This document shows positions 13,951-28,238 of a stretch of 64,000 bases of DNA, in pieces. This DNA is from Octopus vulgaris. Taxonomy: Eukaryota. The position numbers were made by a program, and so were the translations under genes. The notes under the pieces were generated by a model. It did not search any database, was not told the origin of the DNA, and was given only the letters and a program-made list of their open reading frames with translations. Each line of letters opens with the position of its first letter. The first letter of the stretch is position 1. The stretch spans positions 194,556,001 through 194,620,000 of the forward strand of contig OX597815.1 in assembly GCA_951406725.2 (NCBI GenBank), in the 5' to 3' direction.

Positions 13951-14199
13951 GGAGATGGATCCGACACACACTGCGGAAAGAACCCTCAAATGTGACCCGA
14001 TAAGCACTTGACTGGAACCCGCGGGGGAAAAGTAAGCGAGGACGCCCGAAGCAGACATGGAAGCGGAGCATTTTGGACGAGCTCAGGACCACCGGCCTGA
14101 CATGGGAAGCAACCAAGAAACACGCCAATGACCGCAAAAATTGGAAAACAACTGTTGAGGCCCTATGTTCCACAAGGGGCAAAAAGGATTAAGAAGATG
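13951..14199 (+). mobile_element. RTE-like LINE 3' end, 5'-truncated, with 11-bp TSD
   Basis: Translates WRWIRHTLRK...ALDWNPRGKSKRGRPKQTWKRS...VEALCSTRGKKD*. Flanked by actatacatat at 13940-13950 and 14200-14210. Confidence 0.85.
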
Positions 14200-14488
14200 A
14201 CTATACATATATTTAGAAATATTTACCTTCTTTTTCTTGTTTCGGTCATTAAACTGCGGACATGATGGATCACCGCCTTGAAGGCTTTAGCCGAATAAAT
14301 CGCCCTTAGTATGTATTCTATCCGTCTTAGATAAATGTTTGGCCAAGTTTCTACGTGCTCTAGTTTTTTTCTCGGACCAAGATGACTTCCACGACAGTAC
14401 CATTTAAAATAGGGGATCTATGTAGGGAGAAGCAACAACTGTCGAGTATTTCCGGAAGTGAGCTAGACGAATTACTAGGTGGATTCAT

Positions 14489-14597
14489 TAAGATAATTCT
14501 AAAACAATATATAATTCTAAGATAATTTTAAGATAATTTTAAGATAATTCTAAGATGATTCTAAGATAATTCATTAAGATAATTCTAAAAGATAATC
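14489..14597. repeat. Tandem repeat of an 11-bp unit (aagataattct)
   Basis: Read directly from the sequence. Confidence 0.85.
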
Positions 14598-14599
14598 TC

Positions 14600-15460
14600 T
14601 TTACCGGCAGGGAACAAACAATGATAAATTATTAGAAGCCACAAGAATTGGTGATGGATGTGTAACAAATAAGGAAACGAAATCCATAATGATATATTGT
14701 ATGGCAATCACCATGTTTGACTATATACTTCATGGAAGAAGGAAAAACGAATAAACACAACTGCTTTATTAAAAGAAAAATAGAATATATGATATCCAGT
14801 TTTGGACAAAAAAAAAGTGAAATTTTGTGATAGAGAGATAAGAAATATTAGGAATGAATAGAAAGGAAATTTTGCGGAATCTATAAAGAAAAATTATAAG
14901 AAGGCTCAGAGTGAATAAAGCTGCATATATCTATATATATAATACAACATAATGAAATCTTTACTGGCGTAGATAAAAAGCCACGCATTCTTAAGCTGTA
15001 AGATGAATTTCAGGAAAACGTGTTCTGTCATTGTCATGCAGGAACAAATGTTAGAAACAAGAGCATAGAAGATATTGAAAGGACAGAAGTGATATTACAT
15101 TTATGCAGACAATGCAATGAGAATGCAAGAAAAAAAAAACTAACAAAACAAAATAAAACAGTCAATTACCTACTGCTGGAGCTAAAATACTCTCTGGGAA
15201 TTATTACGTCAAAAGTCGTGATAATGCATTGATGGTTAATGCATGAGCCGAGGAAAAAGTAATAAAGATTTATTGAAAGATATTCAGCGTGTTATAAAAA
15301 CCATATGGATTAAAGCTTACACACTGGAGTATAAACAACGCAAGCTATAATGGAATGTTGAATGCAATATGCCTAACACCAGGATACCAAATGATATTTT
15401 AGAAAATAATCCCTTGAAATTGATATGGATTATAGATATAACCTTTCACAGTGAGGAAAC
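14600..15460 (+). mobile_element. Possible highly decayed REL-type LINE relic
   Basis: Purine-rich plus strand with fragments such as FCHCH...ILHLCRQC and KLIWIIDIT that recall a zinc-knuckle/REL region; no continuous frame. Confidence 0.25.
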
Positions 15461-16146
15461 TACGCAGAAACAAAACGGGAAACGTACAGTGAATTTGTTA
15501 CTGACGTTAATTGCTGTTGATTATCTCCAAGTCAGCTGCGATCCAAGTGTGTGGATCTATGATAAAAAACGTCCTCTCCTTGATTATACCGTCATATGTT
15601 TTAGATAGACACTATCAAACCATATCATCCGAAATATACTTCCTTTTGTAGTGTGTAAAAAGTTGTGATTTGCATGAAATTAAGTATCATGTTTTGAAGG
15701 TCGAACAAAACCAAGAGGGCTCTTTGTCGAACCCATCAGAGGTTCGTATTTGGAATTGTAACATATCAGGTTACAAGACAAAGAATGAAAGTATATGGCT
15801 TTTAAACATGAAGGTGAAGAGCGATGCGTTAGGAACTCTAGTGGCAACTGAGTAACAAACCCCCAAGATGTATTTCAAAACATGTGTATAAGAGTCAACT
15901 TATGTATTGAAAATGTAGGATGAGACTTTGAACACCTTTTATAAAGTTTTTTAAAGTCTTGTAAAGTCTAATAAATTATTTTGTAGTCTTATACAATCTT
16001 ATGAATATATATTTTGCAATAAATATTTATAAGATAGTTGCTGCTTCCGGGGCCCAGTAAGCATTGGTTTTTTGAAGTAGTAATACAACACATAGGTGCT
16101 TTATTTAGCTGGAAAATAATACGATTGTTTTGAAATAATATTTATA

Positions 16147-16195
<49 letters not shown>

Positions 16196-16199
<4 letters not shown>

Positions 16200-16379
16200 A
16201 TCCAAACAAGAAAGCACAAAAAAAAACACAACAACGCGAGGACGTGGAACAAATATAGTATTATTGGACGCTCAGGAAAGAAGGAAAGAAGGAGGGTTTA
16301 ACGTTTCGAGCGGAGCTCTACGTCGGAAACATAGGAGAAGGAAAGATCCAGTGAAGGGAAGGCAGAGGGGGAAAAAATG
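16196..16379 (-). mobile_element. Short (TA)n-anchored element, hammerhead family b1
   Basis: gttaatccaaac...gtttaacgtttcgagcggagctctacgtcggaaac; homologous to 32908 and 41341; abuts a SINE B head. Confidence 0.7.
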
Positions 16380-16527
16380 AGCAGGTGTGGCTGTGTGGTG
16401 AAAGCTTGCTTGCCAAGTCCCATGGTTCCAGGTTCAGTCCCACTGCATAGTACCTTGGGTAAGTGTTCTCTGCTATAGCCTCGGGCCGATCAAAGCGTTG
16501 TGAGTAGATTTGGTAGACGAAAACTGT
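16380..16527 (+). mobile_element. SINE family B, 5' part
   Basis: gtggctgtgtggt...ggttcagtcccactgc...gatttggtagacgaaaactg. Confidence 0.75.
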
Positions 16528-16903
16528 GTATGATTGAATCCTTTCATGGGACATATTTGCTATTAAGTCTACAGAACAATGTTAATATATTATCATATGA
16601 AATTAATTCTTATGTACTTGGTCTATACCGCAGTTAGTTTTTCCTTTGCTAGTTTCTTAAATAACCTAGATGCTTTCGAAATAAATCTTTGATAGTTATA
16701 ATGAATTTTCAGATGATGATAGTTTATGTAGCCACTATTATTGGTATTTGTAATAAAAATTTGATAACTCTTCCTAATTACTTTCTGTTTTTAATTAAAT
16801 CTCATTATTAAAAAAAAATTAGAACTGTGAAATTATCATGATCAAAAGATTAAAATACGGTTTTTTCTACCTCTGCCACTAACACTTTGTTTTCCACTAG
16901 CAT

Positions 16904-16993
<90 letters not shown>

Positions 16994-18212
16994 CACTCAT
17001 ATATGCACGTGTATGTATATATTTTACTTGTGTGTCTATGAATGTATGTGTGAATAAGTGTGGGGCAGCGTTGGAAATTGTTTTCATTTTAGAAATGTAA
17101 ACGTCTCCGAGGTACATCGTCTGGTTTCGATGTTTTGAAGATTTTGTGTGATTAAGAATGTTTAAATCTTACCACCAAAAAATGACCTTAGCTTCACGAG
17201 GTGTTTTTTTAAAGCAAAACAGCCAGAATCTAAACATTAAACTAGCTATTCATTTTTAATACGCCCTGTCAAATTCGAACGTGAATGCATTGACCGCTGT
17301 CGAATTATTTATCGCAGGGCATCTCTGTACCTCATGGACTATTATCAGTTTCGCAGATATAAGCACGTACTAGGGAACAATTTGTTTACTGATTTCTATA
17401 AATTTAGTTTAGTTCGTTTAGTTCGTTGATCCAGTGACTGATGAAACACGTAATAAGATCGAAACACCGATTGTATCAAGGTACCCTTACGAAAATGAAT
17501 CGGGTGTGTTATGAACGCACATCGCCTTCATGAAGGATATGTTCTTCAATAACGAAAAAAACAATGTCAAGCATATCCACGTTCGAATCTATCGGAGCCT
17601 TTTGAGATTGAATAGATACATTATTGTTTAGACATCAGTTTAGTTACAGTAAAAGCTTGCATGTACTTGATGAAATTTCATCCGGAGTTTGGGGAATTCT
17701 GCTTCAACAGAACGCAACTTTTTACAGACTAGTGACTCCGGGAAGATTCGAACTAGTCACACCCAAGATAAAGGATTCTTCATCAATCATATACGATATC
17801 ACTTTTTTTCCATCCGCCATCTATACAATATCAGCGTAACTAATTGTGATTATGTGCTGAAATACTGAACTTGGAAATTCTTAATTTTCATTTGCTGGTT
17901 CGTGGAACGAAGTATAATACAGTTATTATTATTGCTGCTTGGTTTCAGGGATGGAATGACCAAAGATATATAATCAAAGAAGCTCTCGTTAAATATATCA
18001 TTTTACTGCTGCAAAGAACCATGAAAGATAGCGATCTCTGTGGACCGAATATAAGCCAGAAAGATTGGTTGGCATAAATTAATATTTGATTCGCTTGGTT
18101 ACTTCGTATCATACAATGTTTGGTAACATTTGATGCCATATACAAAGTGATAAAACCATGTTATATAACCCAACCTATAATTGGGTTACTTTTATCACTG
18201 TTGTTCTTAATA

Positions 18213-19493
18213 TCAGGTCATGAATGAAATGTCCGATTTTCTTATGCACCAAGTCTGACAGTTGTTAACTCTAATGCTTTTATCCCGACAATTCTTTGTT
18301 GTACAACATTGAAGAGCTACATCATCCCTTTTCGAAATGCAATTCATGGTGTCTGTTTATATTGTGAGTTTTCTTTTGTAAATCAATGTTTGTGAACTCA
18401 TGGATAGATAAAAAAATCCTGTTGTTTATGAATATGAGTTCTGCTGTGGAACCAATGATTCTCAGAAAGTTCGAAACATCAATGAGGTGTTTGGTGAAGA
18501 TGTGGCGAATGAGTGCACTGTACGTCGATGGTTTGAGAAGTTCCAATCTGGGGACTTTACTCTTGAAAATCAGGCCCATGGTAGACTTGTGACCAAGGTG
18601 GGTAATCATGAGCTGGAAACTGTGGTGGAAGCGGATACATCTCATACTATGCGTGAGTTAGCAACAAGCTTTGATGTTTCGATTCCAACTGTATTGGACC
18701 ATCTGAAACAAATCGGCAAGGTAAGGAAGTTGGACAAGTGGTTACCACACGAACTGAACAAGCATAAAATGACACGTCTTCTTGAAACATTCTGTTCTTT
18801 GCTGTCACGCATAAAAGTATACCATTTTTGCATCGTATGGTTACGTGTGATGAAAACTGGATTCTTTTCCAGAGTAGCAAGCGTTCTGAACAGTGGTTGA
18901 ATAGAGACGAAGTGCCAAAACACAATCCAAAAAAAGAATATGTTATCCTGTGGTCCAGCGCTAATGGTGTCTGGTGGTGCAGCGCTGGTGTCATCCACTA
19001 CAGCTTCATGAGACCTGGTAAGTCAATTGCAGCGGACGTATACATCAACCAATTGGATGAAATGATGAATGAACTTGCAATTAAACAACCAAGATTGGTC
19101 AATAGAGACTGGTCAATTTTCTTGCAAGACGGTTCTCGACCACATGTTGCACAAAGAGCTCTACTCAAGTTACAGGAACTGAACCGGGAAGTACTCTGTC
19201 AGTTACCATATTCACCAGACCATGACTATCACGTTTTCCAGGAATTAGACAGATTTTTGTAAAGAAAAAAAAAAAAATTCAAATCTGAAGAAGATGCAAA
19301 AATAGCCTTTCGTGATTTCATCACCTCTTGCGCTCCAGAATTTTTCACTACCAGCTAAATAAACTACCGATAAGATGGCAAAATTGTGTTGATAATTTAG
19401 GTGCATACTTTGATTAACTGCATTGTTTTTTGTTGAGAGAAATTAAGATAAACTTTCAGTTCAAAATCAGACATTTCATTTTTAATGACCAGA
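18213..19493 (+). mobile_element. Full-length decayed mariner transposon (~1.28 kb)
   Basis: TIRs tcaggtcatgaatgaaatgtccgatttt and aaaatcagacatttcatttttaatgaccaga with TA on both sides; transposase relic inside. Confidence 0.92.
18400..19415 (+). pseudogene. Mariner DD34D-type transposase, frameshifted
   Basis: ORFs 18487-18900 and 18828-19262 carry TVRRWFEKF, WLPHEL, VTCDENW, LQDGSRPH and PYSPD..DYH motifs; multiple frameshifts and stops. Confidence 0.92.
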
Positions 19494-20870
19494 TAATAAT
19501 AATGACTTTTCCCTAAGCTTAACACTGATGAAGCAAATCTATGCTGACAACTATTCCAGACGTGAGCGTATTTCTAGAAATGGAGTAATATACGACAACA
19601 ATGCGTTATTCACTTTTAAGTTTATCGCTTTTTAATTTATCACTTTTTAATATCTAGCTGGTCTGGTTATTGTTGCAATTAAAATGCTTCGTGTTATATG
19701 ACTAAATTATTTCAGTAGTATAATTGTAAAAACTATAATATAGTAAAGTCAAATGCTTTGATCCTAATACTTTTATGTTGCAAGTGTATAATAGATTATG
19801 CCAAAAGCAACATTCTAAGTCTTCAATATTTCCATATTAAATGTCCAAATTAATTCCCTTTGGACATAATCAATTATACAATGACTGGGTTTAGAAACAT
19901 TTTCAGACAACAGCAGATGCATTAACTTAAGAAGTAGTTATAAGAACATATTCTAGATTAATATAAAAGACTTGATGTTTATCAATGGCGAGAAAATATT
20001 TGACGAATCGGATTCTTATTTTCCTTTGGGGCTATTTCGAAAGGATTTTAAGTGATTCTCAAATTTGTAGTGCCATGATTGGGATTATTTGCTAGAATTT
20101 TCCCTGTAATATTTATACCACTCAAAGTGTATTCAGCTCTGTTTACGGTTTACTGTGATAATAGCATCTACTCTGAATTATAAATTGTTTCTAAGATAGA
20201 TACAAGGACAGAAATAGGGTGAGAGTTAGCTGATAATATAGACGTTGGTACCTAATCGGTGCTTTATATTATTAACCCCGGAAAGACGAGAGGTAATATT
20301 GACCTCGGCAGGATTTGAACTCAAAACGTATTTCGCAAGGTATTTCGCACAGGATGCTTATAGCAATGGCAACAGCGGCACCCCCGTGTCATGCATAGAC
20401 AATGACCATGAATCAAATACAAGATATGCACAACTTAGTTAACTAGCAACATTAGTCTACAATATATCATACATGAAACCAAGTATTCTAGTTCTAAGCC
20501 AAATGTGGAACCTCAATGTGGTCGTTCTACAAGCGAGAAATAACAGTCAAGTCTCCACAAGGAAACATTATGCAAAAATAACATAGTTGCGGCTGGAGCA
20601 ACTTTGATTACGCATCTGTTCGATTACATTGCTATGGGTCTAAAGAACAACAAAAACAATAAGGACAGTAACAAACAATTTTGCTGTGTACATGTCCTCT
20701 TTAGTCTTTAGTTAAAATGATGAGAACAGAGTCTCCATCACTCATGGAATGGAAGCATACATTTATGACATTGATATACTATTAGAATTTTAAAACCAAA
20801 ATTGCCATTAATTTATAGGGCGGCGCTGAGGACGATATTGCCTTTCATCATTTTGGGGTCGATTAATTAA

Positions 20871-21281
20871 GTACCTATTTCTTTACTACCCACAAGAGGC
20901 TAAACACAGAGAAGACAAACAAGGACAGACAAACGGATTAAGTCGATTACATCGATCCCAGTGCGTAACTGGTACTTAATTTATCGACCCCGAAAGGATG
21001 GAAGGCAAAGCCGACCTCGGCGGAATTTGAACTCAGAACGTAACGGCAGACGAAATACCTATTTCTTTATTATCCACAAGAGGCTAGACATAGAAGGGAC
21101 AAACAAGGACAGACATAGGTATTAAGTCGATTACATCGACATCAGTGCGTAACTGGTACTTAATTTATCGACCCCGAAAAGATGGGTCTCGGGGGAATTT
21201 GAACTCAGAACGTAACGGCAGACGAAATACCGCTAAGCATTTCGCTCGGCGTGCTATCGTTTCTGCCAGCTCGCCGCCTTC
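20871..21281 (-). mobile_element. SINE family A dimer inserted into an older plus-strand A copy (20818-20876 / 21282-21370)
   Basis: tcgattaattaagtacc occurs on both sides (about 20859-20875 and 21283-21299), consistent with a TSD inside the host SINE. Confidence 0.7.
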
Positions 21282-22365
21282 TTCGATTAATTAAGTACCA
21301 GTCGAATATGGGTAAATGTAATCAGCCCCTCTCTTAAAATTGCTGACCTTGTGTTAAGATTTGAAACCTTTACTTGGATCGGTAAATTGGCGGAATCGTT
21401 ACAGCGTCAGACGAAATGCCTTACCGTATTTCTTCCAGCGTTTTGTGTTCTGAGTTCATATCCCTTCGCGGTCAATTTTGTCTGTCATCCTCCAAGGCCA
21501 ATAAAATGAAAGTCCTAGTAATGTCTGACTCAACAGTATCAACTGAACGCCCTTCTTTCAAAACTGTTGCCGTTCCTTCTAAATTCGAAACAAAAGTTTT
21601 AAAACAAAACACTGGTGATAGGGCTTGAATAGACCAGAATTCACCCAGTAAGTAGTTATCCAACGCATGCGGACATGTAATTTCTAAAATGCAGTATAAT
21701 TTAAAATTTATTTTGACATTTCACACCGTGTACTTAGTTTTCGTTGAGGGAAAGTCTTCTCTAAAAATGAAAAAGCAAAGAACATAACAAAGATAAAGTT
21801 GAGAAGCTTTTAATGTATGTTAGATATTAGATTTCAAGAGTGATTGCATCTGCTGTAACACATCTTCTTGAAGCTGAGCTAGAAGCAATTTTTACATCAT
21901 AGTTGCAATATAGTTATATATCAAAAGCATGAAGACCACCAAGTTTGCAATATTTATTTCCTTACAAAAACATAGTATCAAAGATAGGTTATGCATAGAC
22001 GGCTGCAATACTGTAAAATGAATAAGAAGTGTCAATTTACCCATGGTTATTTTCTATAACGTAGACTATTCTATGACAAAGAATACATAATTACATAACA
22101 TGGTCTCTATATATATATATTTATATACATACGCGCAAACATGCACGCCCGCGCTGACACACCTACACTATACTCCCACACGTATGTTATTATTTAGTTT
22201 TCTTATATTTTTCTCAATGGAGAAAGAACCTTTTTCTAATCTAGGTCCCTGGCTCCTTCACTGGAATTTCAACTTCAACAGGGTAGTTTTGCACGTTGTT
22301 CGCCTATTTGCAAATATTTTGTGTCAGTGCATGAAGATTTGTACATTTGGTTTTATGTATCTATA

Positions 22366-22397
<32 letters not shown>

Positions 22398-22400
<3 letters not shown>

Positions 22401-22764
22401 TTTTCCTCTGTAGGCACAAGGCCCGAAATTTTGGGAGGGGGATAGTCGATTAGATCGACCCTGGTACGCAACTGGAACTTAATTTATCGACGTCTGCGGA
22501 ATTTGAACTCAGAACCTAAAGATAGATGAAATACCTATTTCTTTACTACCCACAAGGGGCTAAAGACAGAGAGGAGAAACAGGGACAGACAAACGGATCA
22601 AGTCGATTATATCGACCTCAGTGCGTAACTGGTACTTATTTAACCGACCCCGAAAGGATGAAAGGCAAAGTCGACCTCGGCGGAATTTGAACTCTGAACT
22701 TAGCCGCAGTCGAAATGCCGCTAAGCATTTCGCCCGGCGTGCTTACGTTTTTGCCAGCTAGCCG

Positions 22765-22768
<4 letters not shown>
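22398..22768 (-). mobile_element. SINE family A dimer within (TA)n
   Basis: Family A core and head on the minus strand. Confidence 0.8.
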
Positions 22769-22825
<57 letters not shown>

Positions 22826-22970
22826 CGTCGCCATGATAGATCGTTAGCCACTACACATTTGGCTCGAAACGTGAAAGACTGTTTCTATTCTTGAGCGTTA
22901 TACTAATACATCTCTTTGTTTTGTACACCACCTGTCTTCGTCTTTTGTTTTTTTCCTAAACTCTCCCTAT
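22826..22970 (+). mobile_element. Hammerhead-like family b2, internally deleted copy
   Basis: ggctcgaaacgtgaaagac...ctaataca...cacctgtcttcgtcttttg, between (TA)n tracts. Confidence 0.6.
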
Positions 22971-23129
22971 ATATAGGTGGTGCTATTAAGTTAGACATGG
23001 CCTGGGCCAATAATGGCCGAAACCTATCAAAGTATCAAAGTATATATATATATATTGTTGCATCTCTAGGTATGTACCCATATACATAAGCGTATGTATA
23101 TGTATTAGAGACATTTCGTCATTAATAAT

Positions 23130-23451
23130 GTTGCAGGGTGAAGGATAAATACCTCCTTCGATCATGAACGACCATGGGATTGCACCCAGAAAGTTACTAC
23201 CCACCACCACCACGAGGCACAAGTCCGGGCAAGGTTGTTTATGGAAGACCAGCAGTGGCCCATGCATACCAGCCTCCCCTCTCTATGCCACCAGTGTTAT
23301 CCAAGGAAAGGCAAAGGCCGGTACAGTGACGTCACAACTCATTTCTACGGCTGCGCGGACTGGAGCGACGTGAAAATAAAGTGTTTTGGTTAAGAACGCA
23401 ACATAGAGCCTGGTCCAGGAATCGAACTTACTACCTCTAACCGTGCGCCTT
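23130..23451 (-). mobile_element. SINE related to family C head with a different 3' part
   Basis: Minus strand: aagttcgattcc B box, then cactttattttcacgtcgctccagtcc shared with 58170-58200. Confidence 0.55.
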
Positions 23452-23588
23452 GACAAGCCTTAATTTGCTTATAAATTAATGATGATTGTGTATATTTTAA
23501 TGGGTATCAGTATTACCAAACGAAATTATACACATACACTCGTAAAATAATGAGATATTCGTGCACCACAGGTTACATTGTAAGTGTT

Positions 23589-23968
23589 AAGGCGGAATGG
23601 TCCAGTGGTTAGGGCAGCGGACTCGCGGTCGTGGGATCGCGGTTTCGATTCCCAGACCGGGCGTTGTGAGTGTTTATTGAGTGAAAACACCTAAAGCTCC
23701 ACGAGGCTCCGGCAGGGATGGTGGTGATCCCTGCTGTACTCTTTCACCACAACTTTCTCTCACTCTTACTTCCTGTTTCTGTTGTACCTGTATTTCAAAG
23801 GGCCGGCCTTGTCACTCTCTGTGTCACGCTGAATATCCCCGAGAACTACGTTAAGGGTACCCGTGTCTATGGAGTGCTCAGTCACGTACACGTTAATTTC
23901 ACGAGCAGGCTGTTCCGTTGATCGGATCAACCGGAACCCTAATCGTCGTAACCGACGGAGTGCTTCCA
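23589..23968 (+). mobile_element. tRNA-derived SINE family C (Nin/Deu-like 3' domain)
   Basis: Head tggtccagtggttagggcagcggactcgcggtcg...ggtttcgattccc; 3' domain gagaactacgttaagggtac...cacgttaatttcacgagcagg. Confidence 0.8.
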
Positions 23969-24560
23969 CACAGTTACAAAAGGGAAAGAATAGTATGACT
24001 TGATATCATAACTCGTAGCAATCAATCGCTAAAGAATGTATTGTTTCGAGTATTGCATCTTTCATCAAAGATAGGATTTCTGTGATGAGCAAAATAAATT
24101 CTCGGTTACAAGGGACAGAGCGTAAAACTTTCCGGAGCGGACCAATGTATATATCCAACTGGATGAAATATCTTTGAAAGAAAAGCTATTTCAAAATGCT
24201 CAACACGCGTTTCACTTTCTTGGGACATAAATACACGATAACAAGATACATACGAAAATCACGGGGTAAATCATACTTCGTTTTAGAGAGATATCTTCCG
24301 TAGAAGTCCTGGGCTTGAGAAGCATGAATTAATTTTGCAGAAACATATATGCTAAACTTCGCTTCAAATCAGCCTCTCAAATTTCATCTCCGACACACAA
24401 ACACATAGACGCATACGAACACGTACATATGTGTCTGTTATATATAAGAGAACATAGAATGCCAGGTTTGTACAATTGAGTATATTCTAATGTAAAACAA
24501 GTGATCAAATATATGAGCATGTCTAGATATGCAACAATATGTATGAGAATACACATATAA

Positions 24561-24975
24561 GGCGCAGGAGTGGCTGTGTGGTAAGTAGCTTGTTTACCAA
24601 CCACATGGTTCCGCGTTCAGTCCCACTGCGTGGCATCTTGGGCAAGTGTCTTCTGCTATAGCCCCGGGCCGACCAATGCCTTGTGAGTGGATTTGGTAGA
24701 CGGAAACTGAAAGAAGCCTGTCGTATATATGTATATATATATATGTGTGTGTTTGTGTGTCTGTGTTTGTCCCCCTAGCATTGCTTGACAACCGATGCTG
24801 GTGTGTTTAGGTCGCCGTAACTTAGCAGTTCGGCAAAAGAAACCGATAGAATAAGTACTGCGCTTACAAATAATAAGTCCTGGGGTCGAAGTTGCTCGAT
24901 TAAAGGCGGTGCTCCAGCATGGCTGCAGTCAAATGACTGAAATAAGTAAAAGAGTAAAGGAGAGTAAAAAGAGTA
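24561..24975 (+). mobile_element. SINE family B, full length
   Basis: Same structure as 13508. Confidence 0.85.
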
Positions 24976-25496
24976 TAAAACAGACAAGTGAAGAGATAAA
25001 TTCTATGTTCAAATTATATCTTTCTTCACCTCAATCGACCGTAGGTTATTTTCAGATTTGAGGAGTGACTCGCACAACTATGTAATTTAAAAAACAATTT
25101 GCTGAGAAAGTGTCGATTATGTTATATGATAATAAAACATGAGAGGGCATCTGGCATAATGGTGAGGGTGTTGCATTCATGAGAGATACTGTGTTGCTGT
25201 GCAAAGAACTTTGTCTCACATTGCTTTGCGATCACTTCGATTCTTGACGTTTGATTCACTGTGCATTATTCAGGAAACGTCGATTTTGATGAACAGAATG
25301 AGCTATATATTTGATCACCATATTTGATCACTATAAACATTAGTATTTTTGATCACATACAATTTGATCGCTATAAACAAACTCCTTGTGTTGGCCGTTC
25401 AGCAAGCGATTGCATAAGAGTCTCGAACTACGAGAGACTATAATCATACTAATATATACATGCGCGCGGCACAGACACACACACACACTCATATAG

Positions 25497-25499
<3 letters not shown>

Positions 25500-25531
<32 letters not shown>

Positions 25532-25618
25532 CCATCCATCTATCCATCCATCCATCCATCCATCCATCCATCCATCCATCCATCCATCCATCAATCCATC
25601 CATCCATCCATCCATCCA

Positions 25619-25673
<55 letters not shown>

Positions 25674-25726
25674 GTCTGTCTGTCTGTCTGTCTGCATGTC
25701 TGCCTGTCTGTCTGTCTGCCTGTCTG

Positions 25727-25796
<70 letters not shown>

Positions 25797-25813
25797 CATC
25801 TATCTATCCATCC

Positions 25814-25879
<66 letters not shown>

Positions 25880-25885
25880 ATCTAT
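25500..25885. repeat. Compound microsatellite (TC)n/(CCAT)n/(TATC)n/(TCTG)n
   Basis: Read directly from the sequence. Confidence 0.95.
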
Positions 25886-26480
25886 GTGTGTATATGTACA
25901 CACGCGCACGCACACACATATTCGTTAACCCACTACCAAATGAAGCGTACCTAGCTTGTTGCCGCTGATCAGTTGCCATTTTGACAATTGATTGTCAGTC
26001 ATATCAGCTACCCAATTCCGCGAAGAGAAAATCTGCCATCATTCTATTCAACCGTCCTCACATTATTCTTTATTCTTCGTATCAAGTATCAAAATATATT
26101 CATAAAACATTATTTCATATTCTTGTAGCATTACATGTCTGAACATTTTCTGCACCTACTCTCTCCACACTTCTGTCTGTCTACAATGTAGATGTGAACA
26201 GTTTTATTCATTCAACCATGTAAAAGTGGCCGAAACAAAAATAATTTCATAGATCAAGGTTATCTGTAACAGGCAGAGTTTAAATGTCTACTTCAATAAG
26301 CTCTAATATATTTTCTTCTCATCTACGACGCAATCATGACGATTGATTGTGATCATGTAAGAGGTAAGGCTGTGTGTTGTGTGCACCATTTTTGCTGAAA
26401 ATGCTAGAAAAAAAAAAAAGAACTGTATGCAAGATGGAAACGATTTGACAAATTTTGAAATATAAGAAAACAAGTAATAA

Positions 26481-26637
26481 CGCAGGAGTGACTGTGGGGT
26501 AAGTAGCTTGCTTACCAACCAAATAGTTCCGGGTTCAGTCCCACTGCGTGGCACCTTGGGCAAGTGTCTTCTACTATAGCCAGGGCCGACCAAAACCTTG
26601 TGATTGGATTTGGTAGACGGAAACTGAAAGAAGCCTG

Positions 26638-26714
<77 letters not shown>

Positions 26715-26945
26715 ATGTATGTGTTTGTGTATCTGTTTATCCCCCACCAACATCGCTTGAGAACCGATGCTGGTGTGTTTACGTCCCCATAACTTAGCAG
26801 TTCGGCAAAAGAGACCGATAGAATAAGTACTAGGCTTACAAAGAATAAGTCCTGGGGTCGATTTGCTCGACTAAAGGCGGTGCTCCAGCATGGCCGCAGT
26901 CAAATGACTGAAACAAGTAAAAGAGTAAAAGAGTAAAAAAAGTAA
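26481..26945 (+). mobile_element. SINE family B, full length
   Basis: Same structure as 13508. Confidence 0.85.
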
Positions 26946-27435
26946 CTCTTTCTTATATGTACAGAAGAGCAGATAAACACTTTAAACCATCAAAACTGCA
27001 AAAAGAATAACATGATTTTAAGTTGTATTTACACCAATTGGCGTCGGCAGAAGACTACAAATGACAACCTCTAATTGATAAGCAGATTTTCGAAGAATTA
27101 TGCAAATTTAAAATTAGTTTTCACAAGTCACTAATATTATTCGATATATCTCATCTAAAGACGCTTGCTGAAAAAGACGAGTAAAAATCTAATTGAAGAG
27201 AAAGAAATTTTAAGAATTTTAATTTTTAATTTGTAACAAACGAAATATTTGTAAACCGCATAAATTTAATTATATGATACAATCATATCACCTTTTTAAA
27301 GTTAACACAGTATAGAACACACAATATATAACAACAATAACGACAACTAATTGTCACCCATTTGTGATATATCTAAATAACAGTCGATACTATAGAAAAA
27401 TGTAATTCTAACTAGAACTTGTTAGCATTCTTATA

Positions 27436-27472
<37 letters not shown>

Positions 27473-27497
27473 ATATATATATATATATATAAGTATA

Positions 27498-27542
<45 letters not shown>

Positions 27543-28238
27543 GAGAGAGAGCAATGAGAAAATGGAGGGGATCAATAGGTGGTTCATCAACTTTTAGACA
27601 TTATATTATGTCAACTTATTTATTTATTTAGTCCGCTCTATTTTCTTATTGCTCTATAAATTAATGGTAAAATATCTCTTTACCTTCACCCATTTAGTAC
27701 ACTAGGTTATGTAACTGCAATGCAATAAAAAACACTTGTGTATTAATAATTGGGTATTCTACCAGCAGTATATTGGATAGATATTATCCCTTAGTGGGTT
27801 GGATTCACAACCTCTAACTTTGTTGGAGTTATATATATATATAATTCTAATTGCCAATAAGTCACAAGTAAGGATACAAATATTTTAAATATTTACATTC
27901 ACCCACTCTCTTTCCAAAACAATTATTTTATACTGATTCAATAACGGTATTCTGAATATGGTTTAATGCATTGCCGATATTTCGGTTAAAATGCTATTCT
28001 CGTTATCAAACGAAAGAAATGGATTAGACGCACTTTCTAACTTTTAAACAATCGCGCTGTTGGAGAACATTAAATTGAATAATGCATATTCGACGTCTGC
28101 ATAGTGAAATATTGCCTCTGCAGTGGAATCTCTCCCTCTCTCCTAAGTGTGTAAGTGTGTGTGTGTGGGCGGGTGTATATATACACACATACATACATAC
28201 ATACATACATACATACATACATACATACATACATACAT

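Noticed and set aside
17436-17480. CTGATGA...GAAAC hammerhead-like spacing
   Set aside because: No convincing stem I or stem II pairing and only one copy in the window
18400-19415. Active or domesticated (SETMAR-like) transposase
   Set aside because: Multiple frameshifts and stops, a deletion in the YSPDL motif, and both TIRs retained; this is an ordinary dead mariner
19522-19556. CTGATGA-AGCA...TGCT-GACA motif
   Set aside because: GAAA is absent, there is no stem III, and it is single copy
23589-23662. Possible tRNA gene (also 59710-59780 and 34781-34854)
   Set aside because: A and B boxes are present, but acceptor stems pair poorly and each continues into repeat body sequence, so these are SINE heads
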